Source: a virus
Taxonomy: Duplodnaviria; Heunggongvirae; Uroviricota; Caudoviricetes
Length of the DNA: 64,000 bases
Strand: one strand, 5' to 3'
IMG/VR virus record: IMGVR_UViG_3300029305_011675
The translations under genes were made by a program, and so were the position numbers. The stretch's first letter is position 1, and each line of letters begins with the position of its first letter. This document shows positions 39,199 to 49,780 of the stretch, piece by piece. The notes beneath the pieces were generated by a model that saw nothing but the letters and a program-made list of their open reading frames with translations, was not told the origin of the DNA and did not search any database.

Positions 39199-40380
39199 TT
39201 ACTCATCTATATCAACTGGATTGTATTCAGTATCGTTTAGCTCATCTTCGCCCATAGGTTCTTTATCTTCTGGAACTTCGCCCACATCAGGTGGGTCAAC
39301 TTCATCTGGGTCACTCTCAACACCAATAATTTCGCATAGATGTTCATATCTGTCATCATCTGGTGTAATCGCAAAAGAATCTGTCATTCCATCTGCCGAT
39401 GCCTCAACCAAAATATTTCCACTTTCCACATCATATGTATATTCATATTTTGTTTCAACTTCGATTGTTTCACTATCTGTATATACAATTTCTGTAAAAG
39501 TTTCGTTTACAGTACCATCTTCTCTTTCGTAACTGTTGTCCAAGAATCGTTCAACAGTTCCATCAATAGCGCCATTTTCAAACTTGCCGTCAGAAATTTC
39601 ATAAACTGTTTTTTCTGCCAATTGGCCATCTCTATCGTAACCATAAATTTCGATAGAACCTATGCCTCTACCATCTTCAGAATATTCTACGGCAGCAACT
39701 AATTTACCGTCTTCATCATAGTAACACATTTTCATATCTTCATCAAGGTTCTTATCAGCATACTCAATACTAATTGATGTTGGCGAATCTTCTGTTTTGT
39801 ATGATAATTCTGCTTCAAAAACTCCACCATTATCTGGAGTTCTTTCCTCTACTACCTCTGTGTATGTGTCTTTTTCAATTTCTTCGACAGGAAAACTCCC
39901 ATCTTCGCTTATTGCAATAATTCTGTCTGCCAAATCACTATCAAAAACCAATTCTCCATCTAAAACACCTGTTTCAAGATAAGCATCAAGTTGGTCTGCA
40001 TTCAATTCATACACATCTCCGTCTTCAACTATATAAAATTTTTCTGTATCATTCTGCATGGAGACACTACCATCTGTATCATACATTGTCGAAACTTCTG
40101 TTTGCCTTATAATACCATCGCTATCTTTTTCGTAAGATGTCTCTATGGTTTGAAACCCAATTTCTGGCAATAATTCATATTCTGAAACAGAAATTGCACT
40201 ACCATCTTCTGTGAATTCACTAACAGTAAGACTCGAATCTCCAAAATCCCCTTCATACAAAGTAGCAACATTGTTTCCGTCAACATCGTAATAATCTGTT
40301 GTATTATCATTTTCTATTTTGCTTGTAAATTCTATATCAATAGAACCGAACCTACCAAAATCAATGCTATCTTTTGCCAT
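39199..40380 (-). CDS. Highly acidic hypothetical protein with internal duplication
   Basis: Very D/E-rich; YYDVDGNNVA and YYDEDGKLVA repeats. Confidence 0.8.
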   Translation of the reverse strand: MAKDSIDFGRFGSIDIEFTSKIENDNTTDYYDVDGNNVATLYEGDFGDSSLTVSEFTEDGSAISVSEYELLPEIGFQTIETSYEKDSDGIIRQTEVSTMYDTDGSVSMQNDTEKFYIVEDGDVYELNADQLDAYLETGVLDGELVFDSDLADRIIAISEDGSFPVEEIEKDTYTEVVEERTPDNGGVFEAELSYKTEDSPTSISIEYADKNLDEDMKMCYYDEDGKLVAAVEYSEDGRGIGSIEIYGYDRDGQLAEKTVYEISDGKFENGAIDGTVERFLDNSYEREDGTVNETFTEIVYTDSETIEVETKYEYTYDVESGNILVEASADGMTDSFAITPDDDRYEHLCEIIGVESDPDEVDPPDVGEVPEDKEPMGEDELNDTEYNPVDIDE

Positions 40381-40476
40381 AAGTCAACACTCCTTTTTCA
40401 TTTTTTGTTATTATATTTTTCTTTACTTTTTTTCTCCAGAAAAAAATAGACCAGAACAAGGTTCTGGTCTGTAATA

Positions 40477-41010
40477 TTACTTATTGCTACCAAGCAAAAT
40501 ATCCGTATTTGGTTTTGTGTCTTGTTCTGGGAAATCACCATCTGGCAAAGGTGCAGGCGTTACTTTATCATTGTCTTTTTCGGGTTTTTCGTCTTGCTCG
40601 CTATCAATAATTGTAATTTTATAATGAATTAGTTCTGCCTCTGTTTCTGCCTTTGTGTAGAAAATTCCGATAAATGGGTTTTTGATATATTTTTGAGCAT
40701 CTTTAATACCATCATTATATTGTTCAATTCTCTTTACAGTAGAAGAATTATATTCATTATTTTGAACCTTATAAATCAAGTATACCCGTTCCATTTCGAG
40801 ACTTTCTTCGGTAGTATTTGCCTGACATCCAATAACAGCAACACTTAAAATGACAATACCGACAAATGCCAGAACAGCGACAACCATCCCCGTTCTCTTA
40901 ATGACTTTTGCTCGCTTATTCTTCTCTCCCTTTTCTTTTGTGAGAAAAGCACATGCGATTGATGCTACCAAAATAACACCAAGAATTACATAAAATAGCA
41001 TGTTTTTCAC
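40477..41010 (-). CDS. Hypothetical membrane protein
   Basis: Two N-terminal TMs. Confidence 0.7.
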   Translation of the reverse strand: MKNMLFYVILGVILVASIACAFLTKEKGEKNKRAKVIKRTGMVVAVLAFVGIVILSVAVIGCQANTTEESLEMERVYLIYKVQNNEYNSSTVKRIEQYNDGIKDAQKYIKNPFIGIFYTKAETEAELIHYKITIIDSEQDEKPEKDNDKVTPAPLPDGDFPEQDTKPNTDILLGSNK

Positions 41011-41103
41011 TCCTTTTTTAATTTTGTTTGTATTTTATTGATGTACCATAGATACATTTTTTCACGATATTTTTTTGTTATTGGGAATGCGACAATCAAT
41101 GAT

Positions 41104-42120
41104 TTACCTCACATTCATTATCTCGTAAATCTTTTTGGCAGTATTTCCAATTACTTTATTGTCATAACTATTTCCTTCGGAATTTGTAAAAATAGCAAAT
41201 AAATAGTCATTACCTGTCCAAATAATACCAGCATCATTATGAACTGCATTTGGAGGGAAATTGTCACCAGATTTATGTGAATAATCAACATCCAATGCTT
41301 TTACACCATAAGCAAATTTTGTGTTAGTGCAAGCATTTTTCAGAATTTCCGCACCAATACTACCAGTTTCGAAATATTCATACACTTCTCGCCAAATCTT
41401 AATAAAATCATTGACCTGTGCTTTTGATGCCCAAATTGACCAATTAGGCACTATGGTTGAAGTGCAACCAAGTTCTTTCATCATTGCATTAAAACCATCG
41501 TGTCCAAGATACTCAACTATCATCTCGTAAGCAACATTGTCACTGATTGAAAGACCAAGTGTAATAAGAGTTTCGATAGAATACTTGCTACCAAAAGCAT
41601 TATAACGAATACTGCCAGAACCGCCATGATAATGTCGTTCTTCATAAGTCAAAATTGTATCTTTATCAATTTTCCCCTCGTCAATTTGTTTACAACAGTA
41701 TAGCATAATCGGCATCTTAATAGTGCAAGCAGAGAAATATGTTTGATTTGAATTATAAACCAATGCTTTTTCGCCATCGAGAGAATATGCTGCAACAGAA
41801 ATGTTTTTATTATAATCTTTTAGTATCTTTTCCAACTCTGCTGCTAATTCTTTATCTACATTCCCGTAAATTTTCAATTCTTTATTCACATATTCTAATT
41901 CACCAACAGAGATAAAATCTATTTCTGGTTGAACAACATCTTGATTTTCATCTATTTGATTTTCTGATGTATCTTCGCTTGGTCGTGTAGTCTCCGTTTC
42001 TTGCTTTGTTGTTTCTGCGATGCTTGGTTTTACAACTCCAGTTGGGTTTTCTGTTGCATTGTTGCAGCCTACACAAGTAATAGCAATAACCAATGCCATC
42101 AGAAAATAAATAAATTTCAT
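41104..42120 (-). CDS. Class A beta-lactamase-like serine hydrolase lipoprotein (CxxK variant)
   Basis: Lipobox CVGC; SACTIK, SDN, HKSG, NDAGI. Confidence 0.85.
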   Translation of the reverse strand: MKFIYFLMALVIAITCVGCNNATENPTGVVKPSIAETTKQETETTRPSEDTSENQIDENQDVVQPEIDFISVGELEYVNKELKIYGNVDKELAAELEKILKDYNKNISVAAYSLDGEKALVYNSNQTYFSACTIKMPIMLYCCKQIDEGKIDKDTILTYEERHYHGGSGSIRYNAFGSKYSIETLITLGLSISDNVAYEMIVEYLGHDGFNAMMKELGCTSTIVPNWSIWASKAQVNDFIKIWREVYEYFETGSIGAEILKNACTNTKFAYGVKALDVDYSHKSGDNFPPNAVHNDAGIIWTGNDYLFAIFTNSEGNSYDNKVIGNTAKKIYEIMNVR

Positions 42121-42278
42121 AATCCACCTCTTATTTTTGCGATATTTAGTTGATAATACAATTTTATCATAAAACGATACATCTGTCAACACTTTTTTCA
42201 TTGATTACAACAAAAGGTTGACTTTTTGATGGATTTGTGTTATAATTAAGGAAAGAAAACCAAGAAAGGAAGTAAAAT

Positions 42279-42743
42279 ATGAAAAAGATTATCGCATTTG
42301 TGTTAGTTGTTTTAATGTTGTTCTCAATGGTTGCTTGTTCAAATAAAACATCTATTTTAACACACACATTTAAGTCTCAAGACGAAGAAATTGTGTTTAG
42401 TATTGACACCGATAAATCCATGGAATTTTCAACCGATGAACACCCTGTAAAATTTTATTACAAAGGCGAAATGGTTGGCGAAGGTAGTTTTTATGTAATT
42501 GACTATTACCAAAGTTTTACTGAAAATTATAACACATCATACAATAAGATTTATAATCGTGATGCAAACGGAACATTATATACCGTTTATGAAAACAAAG
42601 ACGAATCCAGAGGTGCTTCTGTTGTTGCCATAATCAATTATGGAAGCGAAAAGTCTTTTATGCTTATTACCTCCCAGTCATCTGCCGAAAACTTGAAAAC
42701 AATAATCGAGAATATCAACATCAAATTACAAACTAAAAAATAA
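42279..42743 (+). CDS. Lipoprotein
   Basis: Lipobox MVAC. Confidence 0.75.
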   Translation: MKKIIAFVLVVLMLFSMVACSNKTSILTHTFKSQDEEIVFSIDTDKSMEFSTDEHPVKFYYKGEMVGEGSFYVIDYYQSFTENYNTSYNKIYNRDANGTLYTVYENKDESRGASVVAIINYGSEKSFMLITSQSSAENLKTIIENINIKLQTKK

Positions 42744-42754
42744 GGAGAAAGAAT

Positions 42755-43057
42755 ATGGAACTAAAGATTAGACACTCGCTGTTTACAAAGATTGCAAACG
42801 AACAGAAGAAAAGCACAAGTCGTCTTGGTGAAAGAGATGTTAAAGTCGGAGAGAAACTCATCTTCCGTTCAACAGATGATGAAAACTTTGCATATGAAAC
42901 GACTGTTATCGGTGTTAAAGTGTGTAAGTTCTCCGATATCACAGAAGAAGATGCAAAGATGGAAGGTTATGCCTCTCTCGAAGAAATGACGTCATCTCTA
43001 AAAAATGTATACGAATTCGACGAAAACTCTGTATTTACACTAATCAAATTTAAGTGA
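42755..43057 (+). CDS. ASCH/PUA-domain protein
   Basis: KKSTSR, VKVGE, FSDITEEDAKMEG, LIKF. Confidence 0.85.
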   Translation: MELKIRHSLFTKIANEQKKSTSRLGERDVKVGEKLIFRSTDDENFAYETTVIGVKVCKFSDITEEDAKMEGYASLEEMTSSLKNVYEFDENSVFTLIKFK

Positions 43058-43085
43058 AATTAAGGCACTCAATACGAGTGCCTTT

Positions 43086-43979
43086 TTATTTTTGCTTAAA
43101 AACATCTGCAACTTCTGAAATTGTTATATATGCGGATGGGTCTTCACTATGTACCGCATCTTTCATCCTTGTGATTTGGAAACGGTTTACTACAATATAA
43201 ATGACTTTTTTGTTGGTATCAGAATAATACCCTTTTGCATCTATAACTGTCATCCCGCTTCCCAGCAATTCTGAAAGTATAGCACAAATTTCATCCGCTT
43301 TATCTGTAATAATCATTGCAGATTTTGAACGGTCTAAACCCTCTACAATAAAGTCTACCGTTTTCAATCCAGCACCATAAGCAACAACAGAATATAGTGG
43401 TAAAATCCAACTTTGCAACATTATACCACACAACATATACAAAATCACATTATATATCATTACAAAAGTTCCAACAGTGATTCCAAGTTTTTTCGCAAAT
43501 ATTACCGCCATAACCTCAATGCCATCTATCGCACCGCCATTGCGAATAGTTATACCGCTTCCTACACCAGATATCATACCACCAAAGATTGCACATAAAA
43601 GCAGGTCTGTGCCCGCCAGAGGCGATGCAATGCTCACATCTATTGGAAGTATATCTGTTATGAGAAATGCCGACAAAGAGTAAATAGCGACCGTATAGAT
43701 AGCATATATTGTGAAGGCAAGTCCTTGTTTTTTAAGGCCAAACAAAAATAGTGGCACATTTAGCATTAAAAGGAAAATTGATAAGTCCCACGGTGTGATT
43801 TGGGACAAGAACACAGATGTGCCAGAAATACCACTGTCATACAAATTAACAGGCGTCAAAAACATAGTAACACCTATTGAATTGATAATTCCTGCTATCG
43901 TAAGGAATATGAAATTTTTCAATTTGATTTTATTTAACTGTTTTTTAAGTTTTTCAGAGTATTTACTCATTTCTTTCAC
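43086..43979 (-). CDS. YitT-family membrane protein
   Basis: SGISG, LNVPLF, GAIDG, GMTVIDAKGYYS, DPSAYI. Confidence 0.9.
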   Translation of the reverse strand: MKEMSKYSEKLKKQLNKIKLKNFIFLTIAGIINSIGVTMFLTPVNLYDSGISGTSVFLSQITPWDLSIFLLMLNVPLFLFGLKKQGLAFTIYAIYTVAIYSLSAFLITDILPIDVSIASPLAGTDLLLCAIFGGMISGVGSGITIRNGGAIDGIEVMAVIFAKKLGITVGTFVMIYNVILYMLCGIMLQSWILPLYSVVAYGAGLKTVDFIVEGLDRSKSAMIITDKADEICAILSELLGSGMTVIDAKGYYSDTNKKVIYIVVNRFQITRMKDAVHSEDPSAYITISEVADVFKQK

Positions 43980-44161
43980 CGCCTCACTACTTAATTATGT
44001 TAACTCGGCAACGAAAAATCAATAATTATTTGTGCGAACGTTTACAAAAACGAATATTCATTTCTTACCTATCTACTTGTTTTTTGTTTAGAAAAAGGTT
44101 GACTTTGGTAGTGTTTTATGATATAATTATAGTAGAAAAATCAAAAGGAGATAAGACGATT

Positions 44162-44491
44162 ATGGGATGGAGTTCAGCAGGAAACATTGTGAGCGAGCAA
44201 ACAATTTCGCTTTATAATGCCAACAAATTAGACAAAGAAGCATTGGAAACAATTATAAAACCATATATCGGAACAGATTGTGATACCGATACTTTTTATG
44301 ATAAAGCAAACGATGGCAAAGATGTACACGAAATTATTTGCCTCACTATACTCCCAGAGGAGTATAAAAAGGTGAAAAGCAATCTAATTTTTGCAGAAAA
44401 CACACCGCCAGAAGACAAATTTTTTGTAAACAGCAATAATGGAACTGATTTGTTTAATAAAATCTGGCGCGAAATGTGGAAAATGTGGTAA
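44162..44491 (+). CDS. Hypothetical protein
   Basis: ATG at 44162 after AGGAG and promoter. Confidence 0.7.
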   Translation: MGWSSAGNIVSEQTISLYNANKLDKEALETIIKPYIGTDCDTDTFYDKANDGKDVHEIICLTILPEEYKKVKSNLIFAENTPPEDKFFVNSNNGTDLFNKIWREMWKMW

Positions 44492-44506
44492 AGGAGAATT
44501 TGCACA

Positions 44507-44800
44507 ATGGGAAGCATTATCAATATTTGGACTGACCCTAAAAAGTGGTATATCGAAACAACCCCAAATCCACTTTTTACCAAAACCACAAGCGAAGAAC
44601 TTCTTAAAGCACATGTCGGTGTTGGAGATTATGATTATCACGGTGCTGACGATGTTGTAATATATGTAAGAAAGTCAATCTACGAAAAACTGATAAGTGG
44701 CGAATATATCGTCAAAAGAAACCAAATCAAGTTGGTTGTAGAAGATAAAAATGGAAATTTAATCAAACCATTTTATGAAGATGGTCAATTTGTATATTAA
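44507..44800 (+). CDS. Hypothetical protein
   Basis: AGGAG RBS in operon. Confidence 0.7.
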   Translation: MGSIINIWTDPKKWYIETTPNPLFTKTTSEELLKAHVGVGDYDYHGADDVVIYVRKSIYEKLISGEYIVKRNQIKLVVEDKNGNLIKPFYEDGQFVY

Positions 44801-44811
44801 GGAGTGAGACT

Positions 44812-45111
44812 ATGAGTTGTTATAGAAGTGGCGGTTGCGGACCTTATGAAAATAGACCGTGTAACGAATGTCCCGCAAGCAAGAAAGAGTACATGCTAAA
44901 AGACAAAAACATCAGCATTTATGTCGCTGTTCTCAATGGTGAGGTAAAAGATAATTATATGGCAATTGCTTTCTCCGAAAAAGAAGCAAAACAGCAGGTT
45001 ATCGATGCATATTTTAAAGAAAAAGAGCATACTGAAAAAGACCTTGAAGAAAACGGTATCTATATTACAGTAACACCATTCTTAAATGGCAAAACAGTTG
45101 CAATTTATTAA
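44812..45111 (+). CDS. Hypothetical protein (Cys-rich N-terminus + domain A)
   Basis: RBS; C-terminus aligns with C-terminus of 45452-45976. Confidence 0.7.
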   Translation: MSCYRSGGCGPYENRPCNECPASKKEYMLKDKNISIYVAVLNGEVKDNYMAIAFSEKEAKQQVIDAYFKEKEHTEKDLEENGIYITVTPFLNGKTVAIY

Positions 45112-45122
45112 GGAGGAAGATT

Positions 45123-45449
45123 ATGGAGGTAAAGAAATTCAATTTTCCCGCATATAAAGAATGGGAAAAGACAGAAAGTGCTTCCTGTGAGATTGGAAAT
45201 TATGTAGCACTAATTAAAGTCGCAGGTGTAAGAAATTTTGACAAGGCATCTTGCAAATTAGTTTCTGGTATTGTGTATCCAAAAAATTCTGCAGACCCTT
45301 GGGAAAATGCTATTTTTGAGCATTGTTATGCCTATGTGCCAGCGACCACAAGCGATGAGGAACTTGAAAGAATGTATAACGAAACCTGCGAATGCATTAA
45401 TGATAAATTTTCTGACCACATTTTTGCAGAATATATTAAGGAGGAATAA
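45123..45449 (+). CDS. Hypothetical protein (domain B)
   Basis: RBS; aligns with N-terminus of 45452-45976. Confidence 0.7.
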   Translation: MEVKKFNFPAYKEWEKTESASCEIGNYVALIKVAGVRNFDKASCKLVSGIVYPKNSADPWENAIFEHCYAYVPATTSDEELERMYNETCECINDKFSDHIFAEYIKEE

Positions 45450-45451
45450 CA

Positions 45452-45976
45452 ATGTTCTTCAAAAAATTCGATTTTGAATCTTTCGATAAATGGGTAGGCA
45501 ACAAGAAGAGGAAAATCCAATTAGGCGACTACATTGCTGAAATAGGTGTTTTTTCTTATGGGTGTAATGGGAATACCGTAAACACCTATTGTGCCGCCCT
45601 TGCTTGTCGTCAAAACCCGCACAATGTATATTCATCTTGCATTTATCGTGAAATATTCAATTATGACCATAAAAATGGAAATATTGAAGAACTAAAAATG
45701 TGGTATGAAAAAGTGTGCGAGGAAATCAATCTCGCATATAAAGAATATATGAGAAAAAATTATTTCATTCCCAACCAAGACTTGTATATTGCACTTGCTC
45801 GTGGAGATGAAAGGGAAGAATATATTGCAATCGGTTTTACCGAAGAACAAGCAAAAATTAACTGCATTAAGGAATTTTTCAAAGAAGACAATCATACAGA
45901 AGCAGAATTAAATCAAAGCGGTTACGAAATCACCGTAAGCAAGTTTTCTAAAAATCATATGTCGGAGGGTATTTGA
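45452..45976 (+). CDS. Hypothetical protein (domain B + domain A fusion)
   Basis: AGGAGG RBS; similarity to both upstream genes. Confidence 0.7.
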   Translation: MFFKKFDFESFDKWVGNKKRKIQLGDYIAEIGVFSYGCNGNTVNTYCAALACRQNPHNVYSSCIYREIFNYDHKNGNIEELKMWYEKVCEEINLAYKEYMRKNYFIPNQDLYIALARGDEREEYIAIGFTEEQAKINCIKEFFKEDNHTEAELNQSGYEITVSKFSKNHMSEGI

Positions 45977-45977
45977 T

Positions 45978-46706
45978 ATGGCAAAAAAAATGGAGTTAGA
46001 CTTTTTGTTGAACGATACTGCTTGGAAGATTGAAAACATTTCTACAAACGGTGCAAAAATCAAACCAATTCAAATTACTGCAATTTCGATTTATCAAAAC
46101 AATATCCGCTATGAATATGCTGGTGAATATGAAACTGGTTTTTTCTTTCATAAAGATGTTGGCGAAACTATCTTCGAAACAAGCACGGATGCACAAATGC
46201 ACTCCCAAAATGTTAAAGATGAAAATATCGATTGTGATTTTTCTTATATATTTTTTGCTGTCAGAAAACACATCACAAACTTTGACAATTTCACCCGTTT
46301 CAATATTCGTTTACGACACACAATCAACACCAACATTGCATACTTTGTAATTGACAAATGTGACAAGATTAACCCCAATTTGAGAAATAAAGCGGTTGTG
46401 GACAAACTCATCGGCGAATTAACAGAAGATGATATAGACAGCATTTGCGAAAAGCGAGGTATTTGCTACAAATACCATTCTGGTGTTCATGAAACTTCTG
46501 CTTATTCGCATGTTTCAAACCATAATTTTGATTCCGAAGAGGATTGCTACACAATCGACGCTTGGAAGACAGATGACGAAAACGAGGAGGGCAAAGTAAT
46601 CGCAAAAGTATCTAAAATAGGTGCATTGATTTTTATGCCTGAAACAAATTGTGCCGACCCTAAACTTTGTGCCGCAATCGAAGAAGTGCTAACAACAAAG
46701 TTTTAA
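45978..46706 (+). CDS. Hypothetical protein
   Basis: GGAGG RBS, 242 aa. Confidence 0.7.
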   Translation: MAKKMELDFLLNDTAWKIENISTNGAKIKPIQITAISIYQNNIRYEYAGEYETGFFFHKDVGETIFETSTDAQMHSQNVKDENIDCDFSYIFFAVRKHITNFDNFTRFNIRLRHTINTNIAYFVIDKCDKINPNLRNKAVVDKLIGELTEDDIDSICEKRGICYKYHSGVHETSAYSHVSNHNFDSEEDCYTIDAWKTDDENEEGKVIAKVSKIGALIFMPETNCADPKLCAAIEEVLTTKF

Positions 46707-46743
46707 CAAAAAAGAGAGTAGGTTTTTCAAACAACCTACTCTC

Positions 46744-47520
46744 TTATTTTTTTACAAACATTTTCGGATATAATTTACGAACATTTTCGTTTGTGATACG
46801 GATAACTTCCTCAACCGATACGCCTTTTAATTTAGCAATTTCTTCAATTACATATTTAATCTTACCAGAGTCGTTTCGCTGTCTACGAACCGCATCTGGT
46901 GTCAAAAATGGACAGTCTGTTTCGAGTACAATCCTTTCAAGTGGCATTTTGCGAATAGCATCTCGCAATTCTACATTGTTTTTATAAGTGGAAGTACCAC
47001 CAATACCAAAATAATAGCCCAATTTAACAAGTTCTTGCATAGTCTTCACACCATATGCATAACAGTGAATAACACCGAGCATTTGGCCGTTGTTTTTAAG
47101 AATGTCGAGAGTATCTTTTTCAGCATCTCTCGAATGAATACATACGGGAAGTCCAATCCTTTTTGCAAGTTTCAATTGTTCGATAAACCACTTTTTCTGT
47201 TGTGGCGGATTGTTTTTGTGGTAGTAATCAAGTCCGATTTCGCCAATGCCAATAATCTTATCATGCGACAATTGTTTGACAAAGGCATCAAAAGCATTTT
47301 TGTCTTCCAATTGCTCTGTGCTGGTTGGGAAAAATCCAATAACACCATATACATTGTCGTACTTATTGATTAAATCAATAACTCTTTTGTTAGAATTTGT
47401 ATCCGTTCCGCACTCAACAATATATTCAAGGTCTGTTTCTAAAAGAGATTTAATTAAAGCATCTCTATCGCCATTAAACAATCTATGAATATAATGCGAA
47501 TGCGTGTCAATATATTGCAT
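46744..47520 (-). CDS. tatD: TatD-family nuclease/hydrolase
   Basis: DTHSH, IGEIGLDY, IHSRDA, VIHCY, LETDCPFL. Confidence 0.93.
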   Translation of the reverse strand: MQYIDTHSHYIHRLFNGDRDALIKSLLETDLEYIVECGTDTNSNKRVIDLINKYDNVYGVIGFFPTSTEQLEDKNAFDAFVKQLSHDKIIGIGEIGLDYYHKNNPPQQKKWFIEQLKLAKRIGLPVCIHSRDAEKDTLDILKNNGQMLGVIHCYAYGVKTMQELVKLGYYFGIGGTSTYKNNVELRDAIRKMPLERIVLETDCPFLTPDAVRRQRNDSGKIKYVIEEIAKLKGVSVEEVIRITNENVRKLYPKMFVKK

Positions 47521-47543
47521 GTTTATTCTCCTTTCTTCAATTT

Positions 47544-48110
47544 TCAGAAACCGTATTCAGACAAATCAATATCTCCTCCCTTTCTCGGCATAGGTTCATA
47601 GCCTTCGCTGATAAGGATTTGACGCACTTCTTCGTCAGATAATACGCGGTGGATAAATATTTCGCCAGACAAAATCCACTCTCCAAGTTGCTGTGGATTT
47701 GTTTTATATTTATAGTATCCATTAACAGGCACATAATCCAAATATGCCTTTTTATGCACCAACTTACCATCAATCATACCTTGCTCGTTAGCAAGCGGTT
47801 GGTAGTCCACATCATCCTTGTAGGACACCTCACACCAAACATGTTCTGGGTTCATGTATTCAATCTTACCACTGTCGCCCTTCATACCGATATGAACAGC
47901 GAGAGGGATGTCAGATAGATGCCAAGCAGGTCTGAAAGCAAGCGGACCAAGTCTGGATTTTACTTTCTCTCCAACCTTTATACCACATTCTGCAGGCAAC
48001 CACTTTTGCATTTCAGTTTCTTTGTCGCTCAAAACAAAAAGCGGAAACAATTTTCCTTTTTCACTCTTTTTCAATCTAAACATTTTATATGCTTTTGGCA
48101 TATTATTCAC
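47544..48110 (-). CDS. Conserved-looking hypothetical protein
   Basis: KAYKMFR..KLFPLFV..LAFRPAWH; promoter and RBS. Confidence 0.75.
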   Translation of the reverse strand: MNNMPKAYKMFRLKKSEKGKLFPLFVLSDKETEMQKWLPAECGIKVGEKVKSRLGPLAFRPAWHLSDIPLAVHIGMKGDSGKIEYMNPEHVWCEVSYKDDVDYQPLANEQGMIDGKLVHKKAYLDYVPVNGYYKYKTNPQQLGEWILSGEIFIHRVLSDEEVRQILISEGYEPMPRKGGDIDLSEYGF

Positions 48111-48199
48111 TTCCTTTCCTTGATATTATTATACCACAAAATCATAACAGAGTCAATAGAAAAAAGCAGTTGGTGACAAAACGACACCAACTGCTTATA

Positions 48200-48463
48200 T
48201 TATAGTTTCATCAACTTGCGCCAGCCATTATATTCAAACAACTTCTTTGCACCATGGTCGATGTATTCGATTTTGTTATCTGTTACAATAACTTTAACAT
48301 AGTAATCAAACTCGATTCGCTCCAAAGTCATAGGCAGGAGAGGGTTGTCTGCTGGAGTGGTATATACTACATTAACTTTGCCTTTGGTTACCACATCCCC
48401 GCAATCAGGATGATATTTCAGAAGTTGTTGGACTTTTGCGATAATTTTTTGTGCATTTCTCAT
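48200..48463 (-). CDS. Hypothetical protein
   Basis: GAGGTG RBS, in operon. Confidence 0.6.
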   Translation of the reverse strand: MRNAQKIIAKVQQLLKYHPDCGDVVTKGKVNVVYTTPADNPLLPMTLERIEFDYYVKVIVTDNKIEYIDHGAKKLFEYNGWRKLMKL

Positions 48464-48472
48464 ACATTCACC

Positions 48473-48856
48473 TCAATCTTCAATCGGTTCGTGCGGTGCA
48501 ATTTCATACATTGCTTCAAATCGTTCCGCCGACAAAAAACAAATTTTATTGTTTTCATCAACAACCATATAATCACCGACCATCGGATATGCATGTCTAT
48601 GGTCAGACAATCTGATATAACCGATTTTTCTGGCATGCTCACAACCACCGCATTCTTTCATGCAGTGTCCATCATCTTCATAATCGCAACGGAAATCAGA
48701 ATTGCGATATGCTTCTTCTTCTCGCCGTTCATCAATAAAGAGAAGAGAATCAAGGTGATGTGCACAAACGGTCACATAGCCATCGTATTTTTCATCGGTA
48801 ATTCGCTCTGCACGAACAACCTCTGGAATCTTCCTTACATATTTATTCATATCCAT
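48473..48856 (-). CDS. Hypothetical phage-type protein
   Basis: KYVRKIPEVVRAE..VGDYMV..FEAMYE pattern. Confidence 0.65.
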   Translation of the reverse strand: MDMNKYVRKIPEVVRAERITDEKYDGYVTVCAHHLDSLLFIDERREEEAYRNSDFRCDYEDDGHCMKECGGCEHARKIGYIRLSDHRHAYPMVGDYMVVDENNKICFLSAERFEAMYEIAPHEPIED

Positions 48857-49640
48857 TCTCCTTTTTCATAACAGGTCCTTTATCCTTCGCCCACAGTTGC
48901 AGTTCTTTAACGGAAAACCATCCAAAGTTATAAAGATGTTGTTCCATAGGGTTCAACCAAAAAACAACTTCTTTTTTCTTTTCGTCTTTCCATCGAGGAG
49001 TAAGAGCAAAATATCTTTTCCCCGCCTTTTTTAGAAGTTCAAAAATACCAGTATCAACTGCACGAATGGCAAGTCGTTTCTGGTCTTCATCCTTTTCTTT
49101 CATCTCATTTAAAACTTCTTCATCCATACGAGAAAGAATAACGACATTCAAACCGCCACGAGAAAAAGGATTGCTCGTCTTACCAACGAAAAGCAAAGCA
49201 TCGTTGGTCTTAATTGCATTCAAAAGCTCCTTACCGAATTCAATATACTTTTCGTCAAAAAGCAACTGAAAACCGCCCTCATCCCAGAAAGACATAAACC
49301 CATACTTTTCGAGGGTCATTTCACCAGGATACATGTGAAGACCGTCCATAATTTTTCTTAAAGTAATCTTATCCTTATCCATCAAATAATTGATATTTTC
49401 GGAATAGATGTAAAAATATTTCTTTTTCTTAATAGTTACCTGTCCGCCATCAACACTTTCGCCCTTTGTGATTTTACGACGGTCAACTCCAACGGTAATA
49501 CTATTATTGGCGACACCAAGGCGAGTACACATTCTCTGAATACCCCACTCGTGTTCGGCACAAAAATCAGCACCAAGATTAACACCTACAAACTCGTTAT
49601 TCTTATTGTAAATAATGTTTCCACCATAACTTTGTCTCAT
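48843..49640 (-). CDS. Hypothetical protein
   Basis: 265-aa ORF with RBS and promoter. Confidence 0.75.
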   Translation of the reverse strand: MRQSYGGNIIYNKNNEFVGVNLGADFCAEHEWGIQRMCTRLGVANNSITVGVDRRKITKGESVDGGQVTIKKKKYFYIYSENINYLMDKDKITLRKIMDGLHMYPGEMTLEKYGFMSFWDEGGFQLLFDEKYIEFGKELLNAIKTNDALLFVGKTSNPFSRGGLNVVILSRMDEEVLNEMKEKDEDQKRLAIRAVDTGIFELLKKAGKRYFALTPRWKDEKKKEVVFWLNPMEQHLYNFGWFSVKELQLWAKDKGPVMKKENGYE

Positions 49641-49780
49641 TTTTCATTCTCCTTTTAGTGTTTTTCTTTGATATCATTATACCACAAATCAATCCTAATG
49701 TCAACTACTTTTCGCAACAAAAAACCGTTGACTTCTAATGTTTTTTGTGGTATAATATAAGAAAAGAAGGGAGAATACTT

